Below are positions 41,545 to 55,275 of a DNA stretch of 64,000 nucleotides, piece by piece. Each line of letters opens with the position of its first letter. Position 1 is the stretch's first letter. The stretch comes from Octopus vulgaris (taxonomy: Eukaryota), in contig OX597836.1 of NCBI GenBank assembly GCA_951406725.2, positions 17,856,001-17,920,000 of the forward strand, written 5' to 3'. Both the position numbers and the translations under genes were made by a program. Under the pieces are notes generated by a model. The model was given only the letters and a program-made list of their open reading frames with translations. It was not told the origin of the DNA and made no database searches.

Positions 41545-41735
41545 TTGGATTTGGTTTGCAAGATTCTTTATTTGAGTTCGTGTGTTGAAGCATATTCTGT
41601 TGTGTCTGGGGAGAGTCATTTTCTTTTTGTACCTTATAATGTAACTCACTCACCGGTAAAATTTCCACTTATTTCTTACTTTTACTTTCCTAAACTTTTC
41701 GTTGCGTCTTGCAACCTTTTCAATAGTCTTGACTA
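41545..41735. mobile_element. PLE-like terminal remnant with decayed hammerhead-like motif
   Basis: Homology to 6829 and 21784; minus strand TTGAAAAG GTTGC AAGAC GCAAC GAAA. Confidence 0.45.
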
Positions 41736-42967
41736 TTTTGGGCCACGTTCCAAGAGTAGATAAGAATATATGTGTGTTTTACGTTGATATTTTGTATATC
41801 TTACCATACGTAAGTACAATTTGTGCAGAAATATAGTGGCACTGTTACAGCGAATAATCTGTTTTCCGGTTTTTAAAGACAATATCATATATTTATAGAT
41901 AGTGTTTTTTGACGAATAATATCTTTTTGATGATTATCTAAAAATTTTCGCGTTATGTGGTTATATCTTCGTTTATCTTCGTACGTCTAGTCTAAAATTA
42001 TAATGTAAAGAAATACGTTGGGAAACAATAAGTTTCAATTCTACTTATCTAAGCCGTCTACTCTTTACTCGTATGTATGTGTATATTTATATATTTCCCC
42101 AAAATAATTAATTGCTTATCAAAACCAATATTCAAGAACTATTCTCTCTAGATTCCACACATCTATCAACTTAGAATTTTTTCTTCAGACAAAATTCTTA
42201 AGTACATATTTTGTTTTGTTGAATTACAACTCTTTAAATTATTTATTTAAAATTCTGCTCCTAAACAATACTACTGCTTTTATTTACCAATGCAAGCAGA
42301 TTTATCATTATATATCTTTTTAAATTGATTCTAGTTAATTCTTCAAGCATATCAAATACACAGAATCGTAACTTTATTTAAATCTTGCTGTATCTACTAT
42401 TCCAGTTTTTGCCGTATAACTGGTTATGTGCATAGCATAGTTTAAAATTGTACTGGGGGCGATGTGTAGGACGACAGTTCTTGAAGGTGGTGCCACAAAA
42501 TGGCCGCAGTCTAATGACTGAAACAAGTACAAAGATATATATACAAGTATATTAAATGAGATCTTACGGTCTAGTGCGGTCTGTCCCTGGAACAAGTGAA
42601 CGGAGTATATAGTGCAAAGATGTAGTGTAAACATTCAGACCTCATCACAAGCATTCCAAAATCTTGTTGCATTTCACAAAGTATATGGGGACGTCCAAAT
42701 TTGTCGCGGTGTTTAAGCCTATCTGCCTCTTTTGTGAATAAATTTGGGTTTGAAATGTTCGATTTGTATGTCGGAAAATACAATAAATTGTTAAGACTCA
42801 ACCAAAAAAGTCTTATATTTTCACCCCTCTTGTTAGAAATTACAACCATGGAAAGAAAGGGAAAGTGAAGTCATCCGATAACTGTGGCATACAATGGCTT
42901 CGGTTCTGAAGTCGGTCAAAATGCCAAGCTACATTTTTTTCGGAATTTTAATCTATACTTCATAATG

Positions 42968-43125
42968 CAGTCGTGGTTGTGAGGTATGAAGCTTGGTTCC
43001 CAACCATATGTTTCTGGGTTCAATCTCACAACGCGGCACTATGGGCAAGTATCTTCTGCTATACCCTGGAGTCGATCAAAACCTTCAGAGTGGATTCCGT
43101 AGACTAAAACTGGAAGAACTTCGTC

Positions 43126-43168
<43 letters not shown>

Positions 43169-43507
43169 CACACGTGATTGTCACACGCTGATGAAAGGTA
43201 AACACCTTGAAACTCGGGTACGTGTGTATCATGAGTTGAAGACGGGGAGGATGACTCCCCTTCACAAATACTGAGAGGACACAGATAGTGTGTCTATAGC
43301 CAGCTGGAGGAGATATCCTCCTGGGGCTACAAACTACAGTAGCATCCACCCTTATGGGTTAACCATATTCAAATAGCAAATATGTGTCACTATATATATA
43401 TATATATATATATAATTAATTAAAACATAATCTTTTGTGGAGAATGGCGATTTGACGTCTATATCTAGCATGTTGACTGTCCACTTTTTCGTGTTCAGTC
43501 CTTAATT

Positions 43508-43546
<39 letters not shown>

Positions 43547-43780
43547 GCATACATCTATGAGTGTGGTTGTCTTTGTATCTGTGATTGTCCCCATCTCAAT
43601 CACTGCTTGACAACCGGTGTTGTTGTGTTTATGTCCCTCAGCAATTAGCGGTTCGACAAAAGAGACCCATAGAATAGGCTTAAATAAATGTCCTGGGGTC
43701 GATTTGTTCGACTAAAACCCTTAAAAGCGGTGCTGCAGCATGGGCATGGTCTATTGAGAGAAAGAAGCAAGTGATTAAGA
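42968..43780 (+). mobile_element. Old SINE family C copy split by insertions in its internal (TA)n
   Basis: Head at 42968-43128, 3' half at 43560-43780; foreign segments at 43164-43390 and 43420-43510. Confidence 0.75.
43182..43226 (+). ncRNA. Type I minimal hammerhead ribozyme motif (PLE/retrozyme type)
   Basis: CACACG CTGATGA AAGGT AAAC ACCTT GAAAC TCGG GTA CGTGTG: perfect stems I and II, intact core, GUA cleavage triplet. Confidence 0.8.
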
Positions 43781-43950
43781 GAATAACATTAGATCTGACT
43801 AATTATGTTCCCTTGAACAGGCATAACTTTATATAACGAATATAAGTTGTACAATTAATTATTCAAAATCATTAGAATAATATTAAAATCTATCCTTAAT
43901 AGCCACATGGGTTTTCCTATTCACGTATAATTAATTTATCTTAGTGTTAC

Positions 43951-43989
43951 CCTTGGTGGGCACAGCTATTAGGAGAGAGATAATCATTT
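43951..43989 (-). CDS. Candidate 39-nt phase-1/1 exon of an unidentified host gene (EMIISLLIAVPTK)
   Basis: Polypyrimidine tract with TCCTCAG acceptor, AGG|GTAACA donor, open frame compatible with 45067-45126. No homology evidence. Confidence 0.35.
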
Positions 43990-44039
43990 CTGAGGAATAT
44001 GAAGCAGGAAGGATGTAGAAGTGGGGCGTTGGTGGCTGC

Positions 44040-44551
44040 AGTGGAGGTGGTGCTGGTGGTGGTGGTGATCGTGGTGATGGTGGTGGTGATCGTGGTGATG
44101 GTGGAGGTTGTGGGGTTTGGCGGTTTATGGTTGGTAGGTCTGGAAAGCCTCTGTGAGCTTCGTAGTTGTGGATGTTGTAGCCGCACCCACCACCAACAGC
44201 ACCACCAGCACCACCACCAAAACCATCACCACCACCACTACCACTACCACCACACTCTGTAATATCATCATTATCATCATCACCATCACCATCATCATCC
44301 CTGGCACCGTTAACGTTATCATAGGCGTGGCTGTCGTCATCATCATCAACGTTATTATCATCAACGTTATCATCGTCAATGTTATCATCCCAGTCATCAA
44401 TGTTTTAATCATCGTTCTCACCACCACCACCACCATCATCGTCATCATCGTCATCGTCATCATCGTCATCATCGTCATCATCGTCATCGTCATCATCATC
44501 ATCGTCATCATAGTCATCATCGTCATCATCATCATCGTCATCATCATCATC

Positions 44552-44583
<32 letters not shown>

Positions 44584-44731
44584 TATCATCGTCATCATCG
44601 TCATCATCATCATCGTCATCATCACCATTGTCATCATCATCATCATCGTCATCATCATCATCATCATCATCATCATCGTCATCATCGTCATCATCGTCAT
44701 CGTCATCATCGTCATCATCATCTTCATCATC

Positions 44732-44765
<34 letters not shown>

Positions 44766-45050
44766 GTCATCATCGTCATCATCATCATCTTCATCATCAT
44801 CATCATCATCAGCGACATTACAATTATCATTGTCGTCGTCATCATCATCATTCCCATCATCATCATCACCAATATCCAACCACCCACCCCCACGACCATG
44901 ACAACAACAACGACGACGACGACAAACACCACCACCACCACCACCATCACCACCACCACCACCACCACCACCACCACTACCACCACCACCGCCACTACTA
45001 CCACCACCACCACCACCACCATCATCATCACCAGCCGTAGCAGCAGCAGC
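44040..45050. repeat. Compound (GGT)/(CAC)/(CAT,CGT)n trinucleotide region
   Basis: Directly visible. Confidence 0.92.
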
Positions 45051-45066
45051 ACCTTCAGTGTCTTAC

Positions 45067-45126
45067 CTGTCCTCGCCATAATCAACATCATAATGGTCCT
45101 CTGGAATATCTCAGTTGTCATTGGTA
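45067..45126 (-). CDS. Candidate 60-nt exon of an unidentified host gene (PMTTEIFQRTIMMLIMART)
   Basis: TCTTCCAG acceptor and CAG|GTAAGA donor; only one of three frames is open; contains ATGs. No homology evidence. Confidence 0.4.
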
Positions 45127-45359
45127 CTGGAAGACAGTCACAAGAGGAAGATTTTTGCAGCTTTGGTGTTTGTGTCTGTGTGTCTGTGTATGCGTATGCG
45201 TACGGAGGCATATTTTTGAGTAAACGTGTGTTTGTGCGCCAGTGTGTACGATTGTGTGTGTGTGTACGTTTGTGTGTGTGTGTGTGTGTGTGTTGCATGC
45301 TGGATTTTGTTTTCCTATGGTGTACAAGTCACTGAGTCAGTGTGTTTTTCTGAGAATGC

Positions 45360-45393
45360 ATATATGCATAGATTCATTTATATGTATATATAT

Positions 45394-45463
<70 letters not shown>

Positions 45464-45549
45464 ATGTGTGTGTATGTGTGTGTGTACACACATAAGTGTA
45501 TATTCTTCATATAAATTGAAATGCGTGTAATATATATATATATATATAC

Positions 45550-45623
<74 letters not shown>

Positions 45624-46799
45624 CATATATATATATATATATATGAATGTATATGAAGATATATATGTATATACATAAATGTTAATGCTTGATTTTTTTT
45701 GTCGAGTTTTAAACACACAATCTCTCTCTCACACACACACACACGTATATATATGTATTATCGGATTGTGTGTGTGTGAATAACTAAATCTGCATATAAT
45801 GTCCCTAGCTCTCTCTCTTTCACGTCACATATGTTTGGGTGTTCGTGTATGTGTTGGTGTGCATGACCTGATCAAAAGATCTAGAAAGTGAAAGTAAAAC
45901 CAAACAAAAATGAGAGAGTGAGAGTGAGGAAGGAGACAGACAGAGTGAGGAAGCGAAAGGGAAGAGAGAGTGGTTGACAGAGAGAGAGAGAGAGAGAGCG
46001 TGTGTGTGAGGGAGAGAGAGGGAGAGAGTGACGGCTGGAGTAGGGATTTAACACTTAGCTGTATCCACTCCAGATGACACCTTGCATTAGAAACCTATTA
46101 ACGGTTGTGACGTGGACCATGAGGGGGAGGGTAAATTTCAAGGAGATAAGAGCTCTCTGCTGTCAACATACGATTGTGTGTTTGTATATATATACACACA
46201 TACAAACGCAACAGACACACACTCACACTCACCCATACACACACACACACACACACACTAACATACACACATATATATACTTATAGACTATATATGTATA
46301 TAAGTATGTACATATATATGAATATAAGTATACACATATATACATATGTACATACATATCTATATATATATACATATATATATATATACATGCATATATA
46401 CATAATGTTTATATATAGACATATATATATATATGTATATGTGTGAATCTATACAGCTGATCAAGCGTGTAGGTATGTATGCACATTTGTACGTGTGTGT
46501 ATGTGCGTGTGTGAATTTGTGTATGTTCGGTGACACACACACATATACACCCACACACCCGCATATATATATGTAAGTAGGTTTGTATGTTCGTCGGTAT
46601 ATATATCTGTGAGCGTATTTATCTATAGGTTTAGAGCAAGATCAATCCCTCTCACGCTCTCTTTATCTCTCTCGGTATCTATTTATTTATCTGTCTCTCA
46701 GTCTAGTACACACACACACACACACACACATGTTATATTTCTATATACCTATACACATATATAATTGATTGATTAATTCTTATATGCGCAAACATAGTC

Positions 46800-46855
<56 letters not shown>

Positions 46856-47005
46856 GCCTATATATATATATATATGCCTATATATATATATATATATTAT
46901 GTATGCATGGGTGTGATTCTGTACGTGTATGTTCTGCGTAAACAAACCGATATACGTAATATACACACGACATCATGCATAGAAGCACTTGCATACACAC
47001 ACACA

Positions 47006-47042
<37 letters not shown>

Positions 47043-47060
47043 GCACACACACATACATGC
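45360..47060. repeat. (TA)n/(CA)n/(GA)n arrays with short unique islands
   Basis: Directly visible. Confidence 0.8.
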
Positions 47061-47119
47061 TATGAGATAAGCAAGCATCCTGTGCAGTTTGGCGGCGTGA
47101 TGAAACCAGAGTGGGGGGT

Positions 47120-47142
47120 TGATGAGAGAGAGAGAGGGAGAT

Positions 47143-47173
<31 letters not shown>

Positions 47174-47740
47174 GAAAGGGTGGAGTGGGAAAGAGAGAGA
47201 TGGAAAGAGGGGAAGAAGGAGAGAGTGGATAGGAAAGGGAGAGAGATGGAGGGAGGGTAAAAAAGGAAGAGGCCGAGGTTGAGGGAGAGACTGAGTGAAA
47301 GTGAGGATGAGGTGAGGAAGAGGTGAGGGAGAGGGAGAAGCAAGGAAGAGATGAGGGAGACGTGAAGTAGAGGGTGAGAGAAGGACAGAGGTGGGTGGAG
47401 GATTAGTGAGAAGGAGAGAGAAAGAGGTTGAGAGAGAGAGAGGGAGAATGTGGGAGAGTGAGAAAGAGAAAGATAAGGTGCGAGAGAGAGAGAGGGAGGA
47501 CTTCGATGTGTGGATTGTATGTGGAGATAGAACTAGAGAGAGGGAGAGAGGGGAGAGGGAGAGAGAGTAAGAAATTGAAAGGAAGTAAGAGGGGTGAGAG
47601 AATATCGATGTGTGGATTGGAGACTGATAGAGAGGAAGAGAGGGAAACAGAGAGGAAAAATTAGAGAGAGGAAAAAGAAGAGAGAGAAAGGGGGAGAGAG
47701 TGAAGCAGAAATGCCGAGGAGAGAAAGAGAGAGAAGAATG
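47120..47740. repeat. GA-rich polypurine low-complexity tract
   Basis: About 600 bp strongly purine-biased on the + strand. Confidence 0.9.
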
Positions 47741-48525
47741 GATGCCAGGTAAATGTAGAATCAATGGTGGATAATGACATGATGCATCATGGGAAATGGA
47801 CGTCATGAGGGGTAAGCGTGGGTGAGTGTGATGGTGTGTGTGTGGGGTGGTGATGGTTAATGGCGGGGGGGATTATGGTAGGAGTGGGCACTGATCACCG
47901 TAATGTTGTTTGGATATCGTATTGACTACTTCCTATAAGGTATCGATAGAAGCTGTAGATCGAAGGCTGTTGTTATCTGCTAGAAATTATACGCACGCAC
48001 GAACGAACGCACAAACACACATAGATACATGGGTGCGCGCAAAGACACACACACAAGCACGAATACACATACATCCACAAACACACACACACACACAAAT
48101 AAACGCATATATACTCACAAACATGGGCGGGCACAAAGACGCAAATACACAAACACACACACACACACACCGTATCACACACCAACATTCTCACAGGCAA
48201 GCTCATGTGGATACGTTTGTCTGCTTAGAAACAAACACAAAAACACATCGGTCCACATATATTCGTATATTCACAAACAGACACAATTGCATATAAACAA
48301 ATCGGCATGTATGTGTGCGTGTGTTTGGTATGTAAGCGCTCCTGTACATACTGTATGCTGGCGGACTTGAAAGGATATAAATTGTTTATCACTGAACGCA
48401 TGTAGATATACATATATATGCATAATTCATGTATATTTAAATATTTGTGCGTTTGTCTACACATATGTGTATCTATACATAAGTATGTGTATGTATACAC
48501 ACACACATATATATATGTATGTATA

Positions 48526-48559
<34 letters not shown>

Positions 48560-48682
48560 GTATATATATATATCTATATTATAGATGCATAGATGCATAC
48601 ACACGCACGTATGTGCATATGTATATATGCATATATATATATATATATATATACATATATATATGTGTGTGTGTGTGTGTGC

Positions 48683-48925
48683 TGGCGTGGCTGTGTAGTA
48701 AGAAGCTTGCTTTCCAACCTCAAGGCTCCATGTTCGCTTCCACCGTGTAGCACTTTGAGCAAGTGTCTTCTATAGTCTCGGCCCGAGTCTATAGTAGAAT
48801 GGATGTCTGAGGCGAAAGAGGACAATAGAGTAAGGCCTAGGCTTCTAAAATAATTCCTGGGGTCGATCTGTCCAACTGAAAAACCCGTCAAGACAGTGCT
48901 CCAGCATGGCCGAAGTCAAATGTTT
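48683..48925 (+). mobile_element. Diverged, internally deleted SINE family C
   Basis: GGCGTGGCTGTGTAGTAAGAAGCTTGC head; CCTGGGGTCGAT and CCAGCATGGCC 3' motifs. Confidence 0.75.
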
Positions 48926-49848
48926 GTAAAATAAAAAATTGGTAGATTGGTAGATAGAAAGAGAGAGAAAGGTGGACATATGCTCTTGTTTGTGTGTGAG
49001 TGCATCTGTGTGAGTGTGCACGCGTGCGCAAGCGCGAGTGTGAGTGAGACGTTGGTTCTATCATGTAAAGGAGCAGTAATCAGTAACCATGACATTTCCA
49101 AACCATTTCCTCTCTCCGACCACCACCACCACCACCACCACCACCACCACCACCACCACCACCACCACCACCACCACCACCACCACTACCACCACCACCT
49201 CCACCAGCACCATCTCCACCCATGATATTTACAATATCGATTCCGTTGCTGATCAGTTTGAGCATCTGTAGTTCAATGTTTGAAAGACGAATGTGGGCGT
49301 GGCGACGGCTCTAGACAGTGAGAACATGTGACGAGGATTTGGGGGTAGATTGGTTGGTGTAACGTCTGTTGTGTGAGATACGAGGCAGCAGAAGAAGGTT
49401 AACGACCTCGAGCTTACGTAGACACGTTGCTAGATTTTGTACGGAAGAGTCCAGCTGTGCCGCTAGACACTTCCAAAAAACGAAAATTTGGCCGACGATA
49501 CGCTCAAGCCGAGCGCGCTGCTACTTAAAGGTTACGGAAAGAGAACTCGGGAAGAAAGTTTACTCTTTCCCTGTCTAAAGCATCTTTTCATTTCCATAAC
49601 CAGGGCCAATGCTGCGTTGTTTTAATCCCCAAAGATTACATGCTGACACTCATTGTGTCTCATAGTATTACTATGTAAAATTTGATTTGATTTGGTTGAA
49701 GTGTTCGCGAATGTATTGGGAACAGACATACAAAGGATTTTATACATACATACATACATACATACATACATACGAATATATCTATATCTCTATTTCTTTC
49801 TCTCTCTCTCTCTCTCTGTCTGTCTGTCTCTGTCTGTCTCTCTGTCTA

Positions 49849-49948
<100 letters not shown>

Positions 49949-50057
49949 TAGATAGTTAGATAGATAGTTAGATAGATAGATAGTGCTGCTAAACCTGTAA
50001 TCGCTGATGTTACTGTTATTAATAATTTATCAACATCCTCATCATCCTCATCATCAA

Positions 50058-50092
<35 letters not shown>

Positions 50093-50404
50093 CCATCATG
50101 ATTATTATCATTAATATTTAAGGATTGATGTTACTCCTCCGGAAAGTAAAGAAACAATATAAAGAATGCGACTGTTATCGAATGGACAATATTTCGACAT
50201 TTCGTGTGTCTTCCACGGGTTCGAAATAAACATCCCAATCTACTTCATTTTGGTAATATTTAAAGGCTTGATGTTATAAAAGTAATCAAAGAGCATACTA
50301 AATATGTCTACCAGCTGGAAAAAGCAGTAAAATCTCTTATTTAAATCGCCAAAATACACTAATAAATACAGAAATCAACTGTCCAAAGGCAAACGGGCTA
50401 AGAC

Positions 50405-51690
50405 CACCCCACTACCATACCTCTCCAACGTACCATTCTCCGAGCCTTTAGGCGACTCCAGTCTGATCCCTCCACTTCGCACATCTACCATAACCGACCC
50501 CTCTCTTCCTTCAAACGAGCCCACAACCTACGAGACTTCTTGGTCCACAGCTTCTTCCCTAACCAAATCTCCCAAACCGGCTCGTTCCTCTGCTCCCGCC
50601 CACGCTGTCGCACTTGCACGTAACTCACCAACACCACCCTCCTCACCGGCACCCATCATCGACCCTATCACATCACCGTCTCCTTCACTGCACTTCTACC
50701 AATATCATCTCCTGCATCTCTTGCTCTCTCTGTCCTTCTCTATACATCGGGCAAACTGGACGCCACTTGGCTGACCGTTTCGCGGAACACCTCCGAGACA
50801 TACGACTCGGCAATGACACCTCGGTCTCGCGCCATTTCCCCTCTGTCGGTCACTCTTTGCAACACCTGTCTGTGTTCGGATTGTCCATGCACAGGGGCCA
50901 TCAGGACTCCCGTTTGCGCCGTGAACAGGGATTAATCTTCTCTCTTCGCTCCTTTGCGCCACCTGGGCTCAACTCTCCTCCCTCTCCATCTACCCTCCTG
51001 CCCTCGCCTCTCCCCTCATACCTACTTCCCCCACCACCTCTCTTGCTCCGATTCTTCACTCCTACTCTCCTTCTCTCTTCTCTTCATTCCTACCCACCTT
51101 CTTCATCGTCACCCCTCCCTCGTAAGCACAGCCAACCCCTACACATTCCATCCCCACCTTCCATATCCTTCCCCATCGCACCCCACACCATCCTTTACAC
51201 ATACTCCTACATACCCCATCGCTATCCCCAACCTCCGCCTACGCACATACCCCAAATCTACCCCCACCCTCAGCCTTACTCACACCCCACCCTTACTTTC
51301 CTCACCCTCACTCCCACCTCCCAACACTATCACATCACGCCACCCACCAATAAACCTTGTGACACCATACCACACTACACATCACAACACCACCACGCAT
51401 ACATCAGCACTGACCCCTTCCCGGACCAACATTTACACACCTACACGTACACACACGCATACGTCAGGATCACCAGCCCTCTTCCACACGCAAATACAAG
51501 CTCTCTTATACACATATTCGCGCACCTTCGTTTTGGGATCACCACTATTTTATTGTCTCCCCTGTTCTTTTCTGTGGAAGAGCGTAGGCTCGAAACGGTA
51601 AAGACCTTTTCACTTCCTGAGCGTTATACTAATACATTTATTTGTTGTCTGCACCTGTCTTCGCCTTTTGATTTTCTGTGATTTTCTGTG
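50405..51690 (+). mobile_element. 5'-truncated Neptune-like PLE: zinc-finger linker, GIY-YIG endonuclease (pseudogenised), C-rich spacer and pLTR with hammerhead-like motif
   Basis: LQSDPSTSHIY...FKRAHNLRDFLVHS; CSRPRCRTC; CTSTNIISCISCSLCPSLYIGQTGRHLADRFAEHLRDI; GLN end; motif at 51566-51605; ends at (TA)n. Confidence 0.9.
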
Positions 51691-51928
51691 ATATATATAT
51701 ATGTATATATATGTATGTATGTATGTATATGTATGTATATCTTTAAGTTACGTCACCTTAATCTATAAAATAATGTAGAATTTGGAAAATTAATTTTTTA
51801 GTGGATTAATTCAGAATATTTTGAATCTATGTAGTTCAAATACTTGTATTTACTGTAAAATAATCACTTTATTAGTAATTTAATATTAATTAAAAATTAA
51901 AAAATAAAATATCATCATTATACTAAAT

Positions 51929-51978
<50 letters not shown>

Positions 51979-52637
51979 TTTATTTATTAATTCATTGATG
52001 AATAATAATGATAATAATAATGTTACTAATCACTGAATAGTTTTATTTTATTTACTAAACTTAATAACCAGAAAAATAATTCTTATAGTATTGTATAGTT
52101 TATAGCTTTAAATAAAAGAGATGCGTTGTTATATATTAGCAATATAATACTATATTATCATTTATATTTATTCACACGCTTTATTACCGTCTCTTCATTA
52201 AGACCCAGACGCTTAATTTATACATCTATTTATTGTTGTTGTGTGCCATTAAAATAGCCAAACATTGCGTTTGACCTGAATGAGTTTAGATTAATATTAC
52301 TTGAGATGTATAGAAATATATTTCGATAGCTGTTGATTCAATTTATTTGATTATTTTGTCCGTTATAATTTTGTTGTTTTTAAAAATTGTAATTGTTATG
52401 GAGTTGAAAAGTTAACGCTCACGCTCCTAAACAGATATTTGAATGAATTATTTTGCAATCTAGCCGTCCTTTCACACGGAATTTCGTCTGTCTTTTAAAC
52501 CAAAGCTTATATAAGTTGAAACAAATTGTTCTCTTTTATGCTTTTGTAATAATTATTTATGCTATATTACATTACATTCATAGGATATGTTATCATATAA
52601 ATAAATTATTAGATGGTCAATTGATTCCCTCTATTTA

Positions 52638-52921
52638 ATTTATTGTTTGTAATTTGCATTATAACCTTATTTATGTAGTATTCGACTAACGTACAAGTGA
52701 AATGGATGTTTTACACACCCCTATGAAAGAATTATATATCTATATATATCTATATATATATATAAATAAGGGCAAAAGAAAAATTATTTCTATGCCAATA
52801 TGCTGAGAACAGACTTTCAACCATCACTTTCCACATGACAATATACATTCACTATAAATAGTGAACGTATGTTGTAATGTGGAAATTGACGATATATATA
52901 TATATATATATATCGTCAATT

Positions 52922-52973
<52 letters not shown>

Positions 52974-53113
52974 TCAATACACACATATATATATTAAAGT
53001 AACAAACTAAGGAGAGACATTCTTTCATAGGGGTATGTAGAACATCCAATTCACTTGTACGTTAGTCGAATACAACATAAATAAGGTTATAATGCAAATT
53101 AAAAACAATAAAT
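52638..53113. repeat. 95-bp inverted repeat (52638-52732 and 53019-53113) around (TA)n tracts
   Basis: ATTTATTGTTT...CCCTATGAAAGAAT mirrored with few mismatches; right arm lies ~8 bp from the PLE 5' truncation. Confidence 0.92.
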
Positions 53114-53121
53114 AAAAATTT

Positions 53122-53559
53122 TTGTGCCCGCTAAATGGAGCTTGCATGTCCGAGACAATCATTTATGAAGCCACCGTTGACTCTATATCCAGTAAGGACA
53201 CTGTTTCGACGAAGAAATACGTGGGCCTTACAGAGGGTAATTTCAAGACCAGGTTCAATAATCACACCTTGAGCTTCAGGCACTGGGATAAAAGGAAAAC
53301 GAACAAATTATCCAGTCATATATGGTCCTTAAAAGATAAAGGTGTCAGTTACAACATCCATTCGAAGATCTTAGCCAAGTGTAAGCCCTATACCAACGGT
53401 AGTGGAAAGTGCGGTCTATGTGATATGGAAAGATGGCTCACCTGGAAAAACAGATTACACCCCGCTACAAGTATGAATTCAAGAACTGAACTTTTCGGGT
53501 CATGCCCATATGTGGTTAAATATTTGTTACGTTTTTGGTCCCCCCGAGATTACAGATAG
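53122..53559 (+). mobile_element. Naiad-like PLE GIY-YIG endonuclease fragment (open frame, 5'-truncated)
   Basis: CPLNGAC..IIYEA...KYVGLTEGNFKTRFNNH...LSSHIWSLK...CGLC..E...NSRTELFGSC. Confidence 0.85.
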
Positions 53560-54562
53560 GACTTGCTTTCTATATTGTGTGCACGTACAAGCTTTTCATC
53601 TCTTTATATCTTTTACTTATATTTCATATATATTTTTATATATATCTATATATTTTTATACATATATGTCTTACATATTTATAGAGATATTGTTTTATAG
53701 GTTTATTGCTCATATATTTTATACACATAATTTTTCTGTATTCTATCTTCCACCCTGCATTTTCCCTGGGCGTATATAGACGTGTACATGGAATCTTTTT
53801 TGCGCGCGTGTGGATGTGTGCGTGTGTGCGGGTATGTGCGCATATATATGTGTGTGTGTGTGCATGCATGCGCGTATGTGCGTATATAGACGTGTTTTAC
53901 TCAATGTTTTTTTCTACATTTTTTACACATTTTCCTGTATTTTGCCTTTAGCCCTGTTTTTTCTTGTGCATGTACGTATATAGAGGTGTGTATGAACTTT
54001 TTAGTGCGTGCGCGCGTGTGTGTGTGCGTATATAGACCTGCACTGGTATGTGCATATATAGACGTGTATGTTTGCATGCATACTTGTATATGCGTATATA
54101 GACTTGTTTTACTTTTATTGCTTATATTTTTTTATACTTCTTTACACTTTTTCTGTATTGTTGCTCTTAGCCCTGTCTTTTCTTGCGCATGTGCGTATAT
54201 AGACGTGTGTATTAACCTTTTTGGTGCGTGTGTGTGTGTGTGGGTTTGTATATATATATTTCTTTTTTTTGGTGAATGGTGTGGGTGAGATTGTGTGTGT
54301 TTCAAGTGAGGGTGAATGAGTGTATACTTATAGGCGCAGGTACGTGGGTGTGCGGGCGCGCATGTGTACGTATGGACATGCGCGCTTACGCGAATACTAT
54401 GATCTGGATTCAAATAAATTTTTTTGCCAGTTTATTTTGTCTCTTTGTCTTCTCTCCTGGTGCTGTATGGACGTTGAATGTGGTTTCAGAGTCAAATTTT
54501 AGCTGTTATTACTAGCGTTGTGGTATCTCTTCGATACCCTTAATTTTAATATACGTACGTAC

Positions 54563-54597
<35 letters not shown>

Positions 54598-54611
54598 CAT
54601 GTATATACATA

Positions 54612-54648
<37 letters not shown>

Positions 54649-54734
54649 CATATATATACATGCATATATATACATATATGCATGTATATACTTATATATA
54701 CGTATACACACACAAATATCTATCTATCTATCTA

Positions 54735-54797
<63 letters not shown>

Positions 54798-54984
54798 TGC
54801 AAGTAGATTATCATGCTGCAGCCAGTTTCCAGTACAGTGGTTAAGTCTCCCACTCTGCATATCTATAGATATTGTGCCAATAACTATGATATGCAGAGCA
54901 TATTGCATACGCTGGGAAAAATTAAGGAAGTAATAGTTTATGTTTCTGCTGGTCGAAATTTTTCCATAAATATACTCTTTTATT

Positions 54985-55219
54985 CTTTTGTTTATACTTG
55001 TTTCAGTCTATTGGCTGCAGTCATGCTGAAGCACCACCTGAAAGGTTTTTTGTTTAAGCAAATCGTTCCCTGGACTTATGTTTTTTAAGCCTAGTACTTA
55101 TTCTAACGTTCTGTTAGAGGACGGACATGAACACACCAGCACCGGGTATCGAGCGGTGATGGGTACTGATAGAGGACAAACACAGACACAAAGATACACA
55201 CACACACATATATACATGT

Positions 55220-55275
<56 letters not shown>

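Noticed and set aside
49378-49660. Possible mariner-type MITE starting TACGAGG
   Set aside because: No convincing matching right TIR or coding remnant identified by eye.
50614-51681. 355-aa ORF as an intact gene
   Set aside because: Only ~95 codons are GIY-YIG, with a stop and frameshift just upstream; the rest is C-rich low-complexity sequence and pLTR.
54395-54440. Possible SECIS (ATGA-TCTGG...AAA...CCAG) downstream of the Naiad fragment
   Set aside because: The 3' GA of the quartet is missing, the helix is weak, and no in-frame TGA is seen.
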